Positions 19,053 to 29,300 of a DNA stretch of 64,000 nt are shown here, piece by piece (position 1 is the stretch's first letter; each line of letters opens with the position of its first letter). The notes under the pieces were generated by a model. The model was not told the DNA's origin. It saw only the letters and a list, made by a program, of their open reading frames with translations, and searched no databases. The position numbers were made by a program, and so were the translations under genes. This DNA comes from an uncultured Candidatus Poseidoniales archaeon (GTDB taxonomy: Archaea > Thermoplasmatota > Poseidoniia > Poseidoniales > Poseidoniaceae). The stretch spans positions 40,996 to 104,995 of the forward strand of contig CAZPME010000003.1 in assembly GCA_964587885.1 (NCBI GenBank). Reading direction: 5' to 3'.

Positions 19053-20681
19053 TCACTTACCCCAACGGCGAATCATTTGCATGAGTTCCCTCAATTCTTT
19101 TTCATCGTAGTTGCGGTTCTGGCTTTGCGCCAGCTCCACTAAGCGAGGGTCTCGAATCATCGAAAGCACCTCGGCTGGAGTTTTCAAAACCATCTGGTCT
19201 CGGGTCAAATCGTAGAATAATCTTACCTTGTTTATCAAGGCTTCACGGACTCGCATCTGGTATTTGCTTGAATCAATCTTAATTGGACGTTCACGGAATC
19301 GAGTCAAATCAAATACGTGACGCCAATTTTCCTTTTCTGGAACAACCATGATGGCAATACTAAGCAAAGCCATTAGATTGAGGACAATTAACCACTTGAG
19401 CCAAACATCTGAGGTCAAGAGTACAATGGCACCCATTGCTTCAGTAAAGGGAGCAGAAAGTGAACCTGTTACGTGACGGCTCTCGTCAAAGACAATGTAA
19501 AACTCGTCATTAAATAGGCGAACTGTATTAGAAATTTCTTCATTATCGTGCTCCATCATATCGCTAATTAATGCTATGAAAAAAGCACTATTGCCCTTCC
19601 AAGTAGTATCAGTAGCAGGATTCAAGCCATCGGCCCCACCATTCCAGCATGAACCCTTACGGTCAGCATAGAATTCCTCAACACAATGGTCGGGATGACC
19701 AGTACGCTCAGCAGTATCTCGATCCCAAAGGAAGTTGGCGAATACATCGTCATTTGCTACAAAAACGATACTGCCAGTAACACTAATCTCATCTTCGCGC
19801 TCTCCGAGTACTTTGTCGGTAGTCTTGATTCCAGGGTAATCAATTCGAATTATCAATTCAGTCTCACCTGGTCCTAATTGCCCGTTTCCAGTGTCAAGAT
19901 TTGCAGTCCCCATCTCATCTAGGAATGAAGATGTAGAAGCGTGAGCAAGAACGTAGGCATTACGACTCAATTCAGGGTCTTCTGGATCCTCAGCCTGTAG
20001 AATTTGCATCGCTGTGGTCTGGCGGAACAAGACTGGCGAGCGACACTTATGCATTTGGCTAAGTGGTGAGCCAGAAGTGGCTAACATTTCCGAGGTACAA
20101 CCAACAGTACGAGAAGCGGCATCCATATCACGAACATCACTATTTATTGAGGACAAGGCCCAAAGATTTCGCATATCGGTGCCTTGCTTATTGGTCGGCT
20201 CATTTGGTGTGTGAGTCTCGTAATGATTTAGATCGTCAAGAACTGGCGCAGTGAAATAAGATACTCCGAATTTGGCCGCCACTCTTTGAGCATTAGATGA
20301 ATCGGAAGCCAAAATTACCTTGCCACCATGCTTGGTGACGAATTCGTGAATAGCAGTAGCTTCAGCATCATCGAATGGTTTCTCTGGTGAAATCATCACC
20401 AACAGAGTTCTATGTGGTTCACGCCAATCGTTTACCAACATCGGTGTAGACATTGTATTGGCGACGGTGTAAAGTGCACCATCATCTCCCAAATCTCCTG
20501 CCATCAAATTGATTTGTTGATATTGATAATCACCCTCGGCATCAGTGATGTAAGCACTGTAAACTGGGTTCTTGTCAGCACTAACTACTACGATAAGAAC
20601 AGTAGACAATAAAAGCGCCACTACAAAGCCTACTAGAAGCCATGTCTCCAGACGAATCTTGCCCTCTTTCTCTTCTACCAT
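19053..20681 (-). CDS. DUF4350-like membrane protein (N- and C-terminal TM, ThuA/GATase-like central region)
   Basis: 542 aa with N-terminal TM (WLLVGFVVALLLSTVLIVVV), segment HRTLLVMISPEKPFDDAEATAIHEFVTKHGGKVILASD and a second TM near aa 430. Typical partner of MoxR/DUF58. Confidence 0.45.
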   Translation of the reverse strand: MVEEKEGKIRLETWLLVGFVVALLLSTVLIVVVSADKNPVYSAYITDAEGDYQYQQINLMAGDLGDDGALYTVANTMSTPMLVNDWREPHRTLLVMISPEKPFDDAEATAIHEFVTKHGGKVILASDSSNAQRVAAKFGVSYFTAPVLDDLNHYETHTPNEPTNKQGTDMRNLWALSSINSDVRDMDAASRTVGCTSEMLATSGSPLSQMHKCRSPVLFRQTTAMQILQAEDPEDPELSRNAYVLAHASTSSFLDEMGTANLDTGNGQLGPGETELIIRIDYPGIKTTDKVLGEREDEISVTGSIVFVANDDVFANFLWDRDTAERTGHPDHCVEEFYADRKGSCWNGGADGLNPATDTTWKGNSAFFIALISDMMEHDNEEISNTVRLFNDEFYIVFDESRHVTGSLSAPFTEAMGAIVLLTSDVWLKWLIVLNLMALLSIAIMVVPEKENWRHVFDLTRFRERPIKIDSSKYQMRVREALINKVRLFYDLTRDQMVLKTPAEVLSMIRDPRLVELAQSQNRNYDEKELRELMQMIRRWGK

Positions 20682-20872
20682 CCCATTCCCTCTAATGCGA
20701 GTTCAGCCGATAACCTACCAGACAACGTTCCTGCGATTCTCAAGGGCTTGATATATGTTCCCCGAAATTGCACAATTAGCGCCGATATGGTAAGTTGGAA
20801 TATGGTGAATAAATCAAACCGTAATTGTATGTATTCTAACGTAATTACTTACATCACCAATTTAAAAATTAC
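20682..20872. promoter_or_regulatory. AT-rich 190-bp intergenic spacer inside a co-oriented gene string; candidate internal promoter
   Basis: Marked drop in GC. TATA-like boxes on the coding (minus) strand: RC of ccaatttaaaaattac and of gaacatatatcaag. Confidence 0.3.
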
Positions 20873-21856
20873 TCACCTCAAAATGGATTGGCGGCGACTG
20901 ACAAATGCAGCAAACAAAATAATCATTAATGTGTAATACATACTGAGAAAAGGAACATAACCTGTGGTAATCTCTGACCCATCATCTCCATCTCCGGTTC
21001 CCGATTGGTTAGAATCACCATTGGAATCTCCCGCACCACCACTATTTTCTGAAGATTCGCTAGACTTTATCTCAACTTCTTGGGTAGAAATTGAAGTTCC
21101 ACCACCACCATCGGAAACTACTGCGATTTCAATTGTGCATTTTTTGCTCGGATGACTAGAAGCTGGAGAAAGGGTGATTTCGGTTGTAGTCTCAGGGTTT
21201 TTGGATCCGTCGTGTTCCGAATCGACGACTAAGTTGTCTAAGTTATCAATACCGCTCAAACTCAATTGTGGGCAACCATTGGCGATTAACGTAGGCGATA
21301 CAACCTTATCGCGCATATTTCCATTATTGGTTAATATGACTTCCATAGTAGTAGTTGAGCCAGCGGTAACGGTGAAGCCGAGGTCAACTAGTTCAACTTG
21401 TAAATCAGCGATACGTGGAATTTCTATTTGCCCTTCAAGTCGTGAGTTCTGAGGGTCAACCGTAACATCGCTACCATCAATTGGGCTAGCACGAGTTGCT
21501 ATAACTGCAAAATCACCAAGGGTTCCAGCAAGATGGTCGAGTACAGTAACGTTTTCAACTTCAATTTCAGTAGTAGTATTTGATTGGGCGCCGATGTTGA
21601 TTGTTTCAGGCATATCGATTGAAGCATTCAACTCAGCTTCAAAATCCAAGTTTATCTCAATCGGAAATGGATCATTATTTTCGGCCCAAAATTCTAGAAG
21701 CAATTTACCATTTTCACTTAGTTTCCATGGACCTTCGCCAAATTCTTCTTCCCAACCAATGCTCCAACCTGTATCAGGTCCATCTTGTGCCATTGCTGGA
21801 AGTGGAAATATACTTATCAATAGCACGATTGTGAGCAATAGGTTCATGTTTTTCAT
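20873..21856 (-). CDS. secreted cell-surface protein with Ser/Gly/Asp-rich linker and PGF-CTERM-like C-terminal anchor
   Basis: Sec-type signal peptide (LLLTIVLLISIFPLPAMA|QD), ~250-aa probable β-rich domain, low-complexity SESSENSGGAGDSNGDSNQSGTGDGDD linker. C-terminus TTGYVPFLSMYYTLMIILFAAFVSRRQ. Overlaps coxM-like gene by 4 nt. Confidence 0.5.
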   Translation of the reverse strand: MKNMNLLLTIVLLISIFPLPAMAQDGPDTGWSIGWEEEFGEGPWKLSENGKLLLEFWAENNDPFPIEINLDFEAELNASIDMPETINIGAQSNTTTEIEVENVTVLDHLAGTLGDFAVIATRASPIDGSDVTVDPQNSRLEGQIEIPRIADLQVELVDLGFTVTAGSTTTMEVILTNNGNMRDKVVSPTLIANGCPQLSLSGIDNLDNLVVDSEHDGSKNPETTTEITLSPASSHPSKKCTIEIAVVSDGGGGTSISTQEVEIKSSESSENSGGAGDSNGDSNQSGTGDGDDGSEITTGYVPFLSMYYTLMIILFAAFVSRRQSILR

Positions 21857-22848
21857 ATGTATTCCCCACTATTCATTTGTCGTAGTGCTCGCTGACACAA
21901 AACCTTGGTCATCTTCTTCCGGTAATTAGGGGGGAAAGCGGTATTATTCACAGGCTTAACGGTCATTTGTATCGCTTCAGATAAAGAAATAATGCTTTTC
22001 TCCCCTTCCCAGCCTTGATTCATTACAGAAGCGACTTCGGTTTCATGAAGGCGCGGGATTGATTCAAGGGCAGTGGTTGCGACTCGTAATTCTGCAAGGC
22101 TGCCATCGGCATTTTTCCGCCACGCTACTGCGACCCCAGCCTCGGGAAAATCCCAAGACTCGCGTAGACTTAATTTTTGATACGAACCATGCCACTGGTC
22201 GGCGTCTTCAGGCAAAGTAACCTTGACCACCATTTCACCCCGTTGCAAGACATTACGAGTGATGCCATCAAGTTGAAAAAACTTGCTTATCGGCATTTGT
22301 CTCTCACCTTCGGGACCAGCCAAATGGATTGTTGCATTCAGTACCATTAATGTCGGTGCAATATCAGCTTGGTAAGTGGCGACACATAATTCGTTTTGAT
22401 TTGGAATAACTCGGCAATCAGCCGATGTTCCGCAATCACATTTGAGGCACCAGTCTATACTGGAACGCCAATCCTCTCCTTGATTAAACCAAAAACATCG
22501 AGTGTCGAGGCAAATATTACCACCCAAAGTTGCGTTATTGCGAATTAGACTACTGGCTACTTGACCAGCAGCAGAGGCAATCAACGGATGAGTCTCATCC
22601 GCTTGCGAAATTGTAGAAAGGCGTACCATTGCACCGATTTCAGTTGCGCTATTCACCGCCAAATCGGCGACATTGGAAAGCGAGATAACATCGTTTTTGG
22701 GATTCAAATGCCATTTGTAATTAGGCAACAAATCGGTTCCCCCCGCAATCCAATCGCTATCCTTGCCTTGAGAAAAAAGGTCTGCGGAGATTTGCACCGC
22801 TTCAGCAACTGTGGTCGGTGAGTGGAGATTGAATGGTGGACTGCGCAT
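21853..22848 (-). CDS. molybdopterin dehydrogenase FAD-binding (medium) subunit, CoxM/XdhB-like
   Basis: AGGTDLLP...KWH... and ATLGGNI motifs of the CO-dehydrogenase flavoprotein family. 331 aa. Confidence 0.75.
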   Translation of the reverse strand: MRSPPFNLHSPTTVAEAVQISADLFSQGKDSDWIAGGTDLLPNYKWHLNPKNDVISLSNVADLAVNSATEIGAMVRLSTISQADETHPLIASAAGQVASSLIRNNATLGGNICLDTRCFWFNQGEDWRSSIDWCLKCDCGTSADCRVIPNQNELCVATYQADIAPTLMVLNATIHLAGPEGERQMPISKFFQLDGITRNVLQRGEMVVKVTLPEDADQWHGSYQKLSLRESWDFPEAGVAVAWRKNADGSLAELRVATTALESIPRLHETEVASVMNQGWEGEKSIISLSEAIQMTVKPVNNTAFPPNYRKKMTKVLCQRALRQMNSGEYI

Positions 22849-22850
22849 TT

Positions 22851-25616
22851 CTATTCCTCTCTATGTCGTCTTTCAATATGCTTCCATGCACTTCCTGCAG
22901 GACGAGGGGATGAGAGGTAATCCTCACTTGGAGTAACCGAAATTACCCAATCATCCACTTGCGATTCTGGAACTTCAGTAGGCTCAAGCCCGAATAAAGC
23001 ACCATTGTGATAGGGTGCACGTTCAGAATTGAGTTTACGCTTGTTGTCGCGTTGTCCATGGGAGTTAGCACGCGCCACCAATTTATCCTGCAATTCGCTA
23101 TATTGAAGGCTTGGATTAGGCAATTGCAATGGTCCTGTTAACCCCTCCGACTTTACCTTGCGCTCAATTTTCTTGTACAATCGATCTGGTGTAACCGGTA
23201 ACTCATCAACTCTTATTCCACTGGCGTCATATATCGCATTTACAACCGCTGGAAGGATTGGTAGTAGAGGGCCTTCGCCGGCTTCTTTTGCACCAAATGG
23301 ACCCTCTGGATCATTTGATTCTACGATAATAGGGGTAACTTTGGGCATCTCATGTATTGTCGGGATTTTGTATTCTAACAAGTTCGCATTACGCAGATTT
23401 CCACTCCGCCCATAGACCATCTCTTCACTGAGAACTTGCCCCATCCCCATATGACACGAACCGATGATTTGGCCTTCGACTGCAAGCGGGTTGAGCGCCC
23501 GACCACAATCATGTGCAGCCCAAACTTCAACCACTTTAGTTTGACCAGTTTCAACATCAACCTCAACTTCAGCAACATAGGCCGAAAAAGAATAGGCTGG
23601 TGCTAGACCTGCAGCCGCACCTTTGTGAGTATTGCCCATCGGGGGGGTGCGATATGCACCGGATGAAACCAAGGCACCGATATCTTCCTGTGCCTTGTGT
23701 AGTGCTTCTAGATACGATACTCCTACCGCAGGGTCATTGCGAGCATAGATTCGACGGTCGCCGATAACCAATGAATCACTTGAAGCAGAAGTGATTTCGG
23801 CTGCAGCCTCGATTAATGATGAACGTATTTTCATCGCCGCCGAAATCGCTGCGTTGGCATTCATGAAAGTGACACGACTACTGTATGAGCCAAGGTCAAC
23901 TGGAGAAGTATCACTTTCGCGACTTCGAACTCGAATCATCTCAATTGGAAGCCCGAGCACTTCGGCAACACTCTGGGCAACTACAGTATCAGAGCCTTGA
24001 CCAATGTCGGCAGCTCCAGTGTGAACGGTAACTCCACCATCCATGTCTATTTTCAAATGAACAGTCGCATGAGGGAATTTATTCGGGTCCCAATGAATGG
24101 GTAATCCACTACCTGAAATGAAAAATCCACACCCAATACCGATACCTCTACCCAAAGGCATTTTGCGAAATTTGTCTTCCCAACCACTGGCCTCTCGAAC
24201 CCTTTCCAAACACTCTCGCATTCCAATACTTGTGATGCGAAATCCGGTAATCGTAGCCGAATGTGGAGGAAGGAGATTAGCCAAACGAAAGGCAATAGGA
24301 TCAACCTGTAATTGGTCACAAATATCATCGATGCCTGATTCGACTGCACAGCGGCTATTTACCGCACCATGACCGCGCATTGCCCCAGAAGCGGGCTTAT
24401 TTGTCCACACTCTGGCACCAGTATAGTGGAAGGCTCCCAATTCATAGGGAGCGGTATGCAATACTCCATTGTAATATGTGGTTACATGTCCGAAACTTGC
24501 AAAGGCCCCGCCATCAATTAGAGCATCGGTCTCAATTCCGCATAACCGACCTTCAACATCCGCGTGTAAGACCATTTCAAGGCGCGAAGGATGACGACCC
24601 CGATTGGTCCAAAATACTTCTTCGCGATCGAATGTAATGCGAACCGGTTTACCAGTTTCACGCGCCATTATTGCGGCACACATTTCGTGAGGGAATGGAT
24701 CGGATTTTCCACCAAATCCACCACCGACGAAAGTCCGAAAAACATTGATTTGATGCATAGGGATCTCAAGCACATCAGCGAGCGAACGATGCACATAATG
24801 TGGCACTTGTTGAGGTGTATACAGAGTCAAACGACCATTAGGGTCCCAATAACCAACCACTGCATGAGGTTCGGTAAAACCATGATTTACTCCTGCAAAT
24901 TTCCATTTCGCACTAGAAGTGGCCGCTGAATCGCGCATCGAATCAATGCGACCGAATTCCTGGAACACTCGCTTTTGCACATTCGACTCACCGATGTGAT
25001 ACTTACCTCGGTCATGGATTGGATTGGCACTATCCTCAATGGCCTTCGTCATATTGTGAACCGGATCCAAGAGTTCATAATCGACTTTGATTAGGCGTAA
25101 TGCTTCGAGGGCTGTCGCCTCATCAACCGCCGCTACTGCGGCGACTAAATCGCCGACATGACGCACTTTCTCAACCGCTAATGCGTGCTCATCTTTAGTG
25201 ACTGGCAACACTCCGAAGACCTTGTCATGACCTTGCCCCGTTAGTACATATTCAACACCGTCTAACGCTTTGGCAGCAGTAGTATCAATGCTACGAATTT
25301 TGGCATAGTGATGCGGGGAGCGTAGAATACGGCCAATCAATTCACCAGAAAGGCGGATGTCGTCACCGTATTGGGCTTGTCCGGTTACTTTCCAGCGACC
25401 ATCAACCAAAGGAATGCGGCGACCAATACTACTGCTGGTCAATAATTCATCATGGCGATTTGGTCCTCGTGGTTGAGCGCGGTTTCCACCTTGACTCTCT
25501 GGGATGTAATCCATGTCACGCAATTCACTGAACTGCCTACTACCCCCACTACCCGGCTTTTTGAACGGAAGTTTACCGGGTTGTTGGCGATACCCTTTCA
25601 TCTGTTCATTGCCCAT
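22851..25616 (-). CDS. molybdopterin-binding large subunit, xanthine dehydrogenase/CoxL family (aldehyde oxidase a/b hammerhead + MoCo domains)
   Basis: 921 aa. The region aligning to the CODH active-site loop reads GAMRGHG, which is form-II/XDH-like and not VAYRCSFR. N-terminal ~60 aa is low complexity. Confidence 0.8.
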   Translation of the reverse strand: MGNEQMKGYRQQPGKLPFKKPGSGGSRQFSELRDMDYIPESQGGNRAQPRGPNRHDELLTSSSIGRRIPLVDGRWKVTGQAQYGDDIRLSGELIGRILRSPHHYAKIRSIDTTAAKALDGVEYVLTGQGHDKVFGVLPVTKDEHALAVEKVRHVGDLVAAVAAVDEATALEALRLIKVDYELLDPVHNMTKAIEDSANPIHDRGKYHIGESNVQKRVFQEFGRIDSMRDSAATSSAKWKFAGVNHGFTEPHAVVGYWDPNGRLTLYTPQQVPHYVHRSLADVLEIPMHQINVFRTFVGGGFGGKSDPFPHEMCAAIMARETGKPVRITFDREEVFWTNRGRHPSRLEMVLHADVEGRLCGIETDALIDGGAFASFGHVTTYYNGVLHTAPYELGAFHYTGARVWTNKPASGAMRGHGAVNSRCAVESGIDDICDQLQVDPIAFRLANLLPPHSATITGFRITSIGMRECLERVREASGWEDKFRKMPLGRGIGIGCGFFISGSGLPIHWDPNKFPHATVHLKIDMDGGVTVHTGAADIGQGSDTVVAQSVAEVLGLPIEMIRVRSRESDTSPVDLGSYSSRVTFMNANAAISAAMKIRSSLIEAAAEITSASSDSLVIGDRRIYARNDPAVGVSYLEALHKAQEDIGALVSSGAYRTPPMGNTHKGAAAGLAPAYSFSAYVAEVEVDVETGQTKVVEVWAAHDCGRALNPLAVEGQIIGSCHMGMGQVLSEEMVYGRSGNLRNANLLEYKIPTIHEMPKVTPIIVESNDPEGPFGAKEAGEGPLLPILPAVVNAIYDASGIRVDELPVTPDRLYKKIERKVKSEGLTGPLQLPNPSLQYSELQDKLVARANSHGQRDNKRKLNSERAPYHNGALFGLEPTEVPESQVDDWVISVTPSEDYLSSPRPAGSAWKHIERRHREE

Positions 25617-25625
25617 TGCTACACC

Positions 25626-26204
25626 TCAGATATTCTCGCCGCCAAACCCGGTATGAGGATCTGCCTGAGCAGTAGTTCCATCCTTGCGAGCATTCTCATC
25701 ACGAAGTAATTCTGCGGCAGCTTGCACTGATTCTACTATTTGCTGATATCCAGTACAGCGACATAAATTACCATCTAATGCTGATTTCACTTCTGCATCG
25801 GTTGGGGAATCATTCAAATCGAGTAGAGCAGAACTGGAGAGCAGGAATCCAGGGGTGCAAAAACCACATTGGCTCCCACCGCATTCAGTAAACATTTCTT
25901 GAATCGGATGAAGGTGATGGCCCTCAGCAAGTCCTTCAACAGTAGTTATTTCTTGGCCTGCAACCTGGCCGGCCAAGGTAAGACAAGAAAGGCGTGGAAC
26001 GCCATCGATTAGAACAGTACAGCAGCCGCAAGTCCCCATATCACATCCTCTCTTTACTCCCAATGTACCAACTTGGTCTCGCAAAACATCGAGCAATACT
26101 GCACATGATTCAATCTCAATTGCTAGAGCCTGACCATTGACCAAAGCCGACCAATTGTTCCTAGGTGCAGAGGGTATCATCGAAACGTGTTCAACTCCAA
26201 CCAT
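25626..26204 (-). CDS. [2Fe-2S]-binding small subunit, CoxS/XdhC-small family
   Basis: CDMGTCGCCTV (ferredoxin-type) and CGFCTPGF ... NLCRCTGYQQI cluster motifs. Confidence 0.85.
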   Translation of the reverse strand: MVGVEHVSMIPSAPRNNWSALVNGQALAIEIESCAVLLDVLRDQVGTLGVKRGCDMGTCGCCTVLIDGVPRLSCLTLAGQVAGQEITTVEGLAEGHHLHPIQEMFTECGGSQCGFCTPGFLLSSSALLDLNDSPTDAEVKSALDGNLCRCTGYQQIVESVQAAAELLRDENARKDGTTAQADPHTGFGGENI

Positions 26205-26344
26205 TCGCCCTCACCATATCCTTCGTAGAGAATACCCTTCTTCATGCTTCGCCCTAGACCCTTCGGGTCTATTGGGGTGAAGTGGTGATTTTCAAAGACC
26301 CGTTGAATTATGCCTCACAATATGTATTTCGCTCGTTGCTTTAA

Positions 26345-29300
26345 GTGCCTAATGCACTAGGGCTTCACATGAGTCAGCCGCCACCAAGAAAATCTTCTGC
26401 ACCTCCTAGAGAGAATACATCAGCAGAAACCATAGTAATTGGTAATAGCAACAATATGCCGATTAGTGGGGCTCAGCGTCTTGGTCAATTGTGGCTTTGG
26501 GGGGTCGCGATTCTCGCGATTTGGAGTGGTTTGTTTACCATCGCATACTCACAAGGAGATTCCAATAATCGCTTTGCATTGCTCGGCCTAGGCGGGATAA
26601 TATCTGGCCTAGTATTCTTCGTCAGCGTCGATATGCAAAGGCGCAAGCATGGGGTCATTACCGATCTTCACGATTACATGATGGCGATGAGTTTCTTCTT
26701 TACCGCAGCCGGAATGTTCTGGGGAGTTCGCTATGCAGTTGCTCTGTTCTCAAGTGTTGATTTCACCTACTTCATCCACCCCGATCGTCCTTTCACTGGG
26801 ATGTCTTCGGTTGGATGGTACCCTAATGCCAATGCAATCTATGCTCAGGCCGCAGCTGCGGCATTATTAGCAGCATTGCAATGGCTATATCTGAAACCCA
26901 TGCAAAATGACGAACGCAACACAACTACAGTGAGTTGGTTTGTGGTCTGTATTACCCCTTTTGCACTTCTATTGGTTGGATTGGGAACTTGGGTCGATTG
27001 GTCGGATGGCTTTGTCAGTTACGAAATCGGCGTTGCCATGGTAACCCTCAGTTCAATTGCAATGATGTTATCAGTTGAAAGTAATAACAATCTCGTCTTT
27101 GCAATTACTGCCAATGTCGCTTCATTCATGACACTGATTTACGAAATTGTCCACTCCCCACCCAGCGGTTCTTCAAGTGGGGGGGCATTGTCCCTAATGG
27201 CCTTCATTATCATCGCCCAAGGACTACTGGCGGCCTCACCAAAACTGGAACGAAAAATGGTCGAAAAAGCCAGCATGGGACTCGTTTTCGCCGCTCTAAT
27301 TGCGATGATTTTTGCTGTTTCAACAGAGATGACTCTGCATCTTGGCCCGTCTAAATTTTCCGCAACCGATTCATATCTCACATTGCCAACGATGATTTGG
27401 ATCACTCTTCTTGTCGCCTATTTACCCGCAGTCCACGATAATCGAATCCCGTGGATGCCGATCGGATTGGCTGGTGCATTGGTTCTCTTACCCGACCCCT
27501 CAAACATTATTCCATGGAGCATTTGCTTGGTGATGATTCCATACATGTTATGGAATAAAAAGACCCGGGAATGGGTGGCGAACTGGACCTTTGGATTATT
27601 TGCCGCTTCATTCTTTGTTGTCGGCTGGCTAACATGGATACGTAGTGTCGAAGGAGATGCTGATACGTGGACGGCATTCCCTCAATATTTTGATCTGATT
27701 ATCGCCATTGTCATTATCGCAGTAGGTGAATTAGCCTCAAGGAATGCTAAACTCAACCGCAATGTATTCCGCTTTGCACTCTTTTGTGTAGTCGGTTCAC
27801 CGGCAACAATGATTGCTAATGATTCATTGATGCCATGGTTGGTCGCCTTGTACCTTCTCGGCTCGGTTATCATTGAACAGCAAGAGTACGATGAGAATGG
27901 TGGTTTCGCCGCACGTAAAGATATGTCACTCACTATGGCAACCAGTTTGACCTTAACTGTAATCTTGGCTATGTTAGGGCGTCTTTCTTTGAGTGACACC
28001 CCTTTAGCAGCTATTGAAAGTCAATTGATGGGCTTCAATCTCCTATTAGCGATAATTGCTGTGACCTATTTCGTTGTCGGCAGTAGAATGTCTCATGCTG
28101 AATTTGACCTCGGAATAATGCTGAAAATGATATCCAAAAATGCTGCCCAATCTGCTTCATTTGACCCTACCACTGGAACGTGGGTTGTCGATGAAAAAGA
28201 ATTCGACGAAATCGAAGAGGCCTTGGAATCATCTTGGGGTCAAATCGCTCGTTTCAGCCTCTTTGGTCCTCTAATCTTGTTCACAACGGCTATGGTGTCG
28301 ATACAAAACTCAGAATTAAGCGACAATCCATTTTTGATGCTTCTTTTTGCTATTCCTGTTGGCGTACTGGTAAGAGAGGTCTTACAAGTCGAAGGAGCAG
28401 GAAGTCGTGAACGGGCTGTCGGCGTATGGTCGATGGTGGCGATTTCATTACCTTTGAGTTTCAAAATGGATGATATCGGATTCTCAACTGCAGCAATATT
28501 TTTCGACCTGATAATGATTAACGGTCCGTTAATTGTCCACTTTGTATTACTGAAGCGTGGATTAGCAGAAAAGCAAGAGTTGTCGAAAAGTGCTGATGAT
28601 TGGACCTTACTGGGTATGGTCGCACTCGGAATGCTAGATGCAACAGGAGGTTTGGCACTAACAGTGATGTTTGCTATCGTATTGTGGCGTGCTATTTTGC
28701 ACCGTAGCAAAGTAGCATTGTATGCCCTGCCATTGATGTGGCTATTTTTCCCATCACGACTTGACAAATCTGATAATATCTTGAATCTAATATTGTCCGA
28801 ATTAGGTTCTTTTGGTGACACCTTGCTAGGAACTGAGAGGATACTGGAAATACCCTACGTGCGTTATGCTGGATTGATGTGGCTTATCTATGCTGCATTG
28901 GCGCTCGGTAAATCGGCAGGGGATGTGCAACTGCGAAAGCGTAGCGATGAGGAAATTGAGACATTACCATTCATCTATCCGGGAATCTTCCTGTTTTTGG
29001 GCCTTGATCTACTCCTCGTGCAAGACGCATGGTTGCTGTGTGCCGTCACGACGATATTGCTACTATTCGGTTGGAGTTCTGGCCGTATGGAAGGTTTCTC
29101 TTTCGCACCACCAGCCTACTTCTTTTCATTCCTTATCGGCTTTGATTCTGAGGGTTATTCCGGTTTTGAATTGTTTAGTATTAGTTGCTTTGGCTCTGGT
29201 TTAGTGAGTTTTGCCTTATGGATTGCCGCAAACAAAGGATTGCTCTATCGGTGGGCGAAAGAAACCATAACTGCTGCTGAATTAAATGAAGGAGTAGATA

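Noticed and set aside
18721-19110. 129-aa and 90-aa plus-strand ORFs rich in Cys/Trp/Arg or Gly/Ala
   Set aside because: They are antisense translations of the Pro/Ala-repeat region of the MoxR gene and are repeat artefacts.
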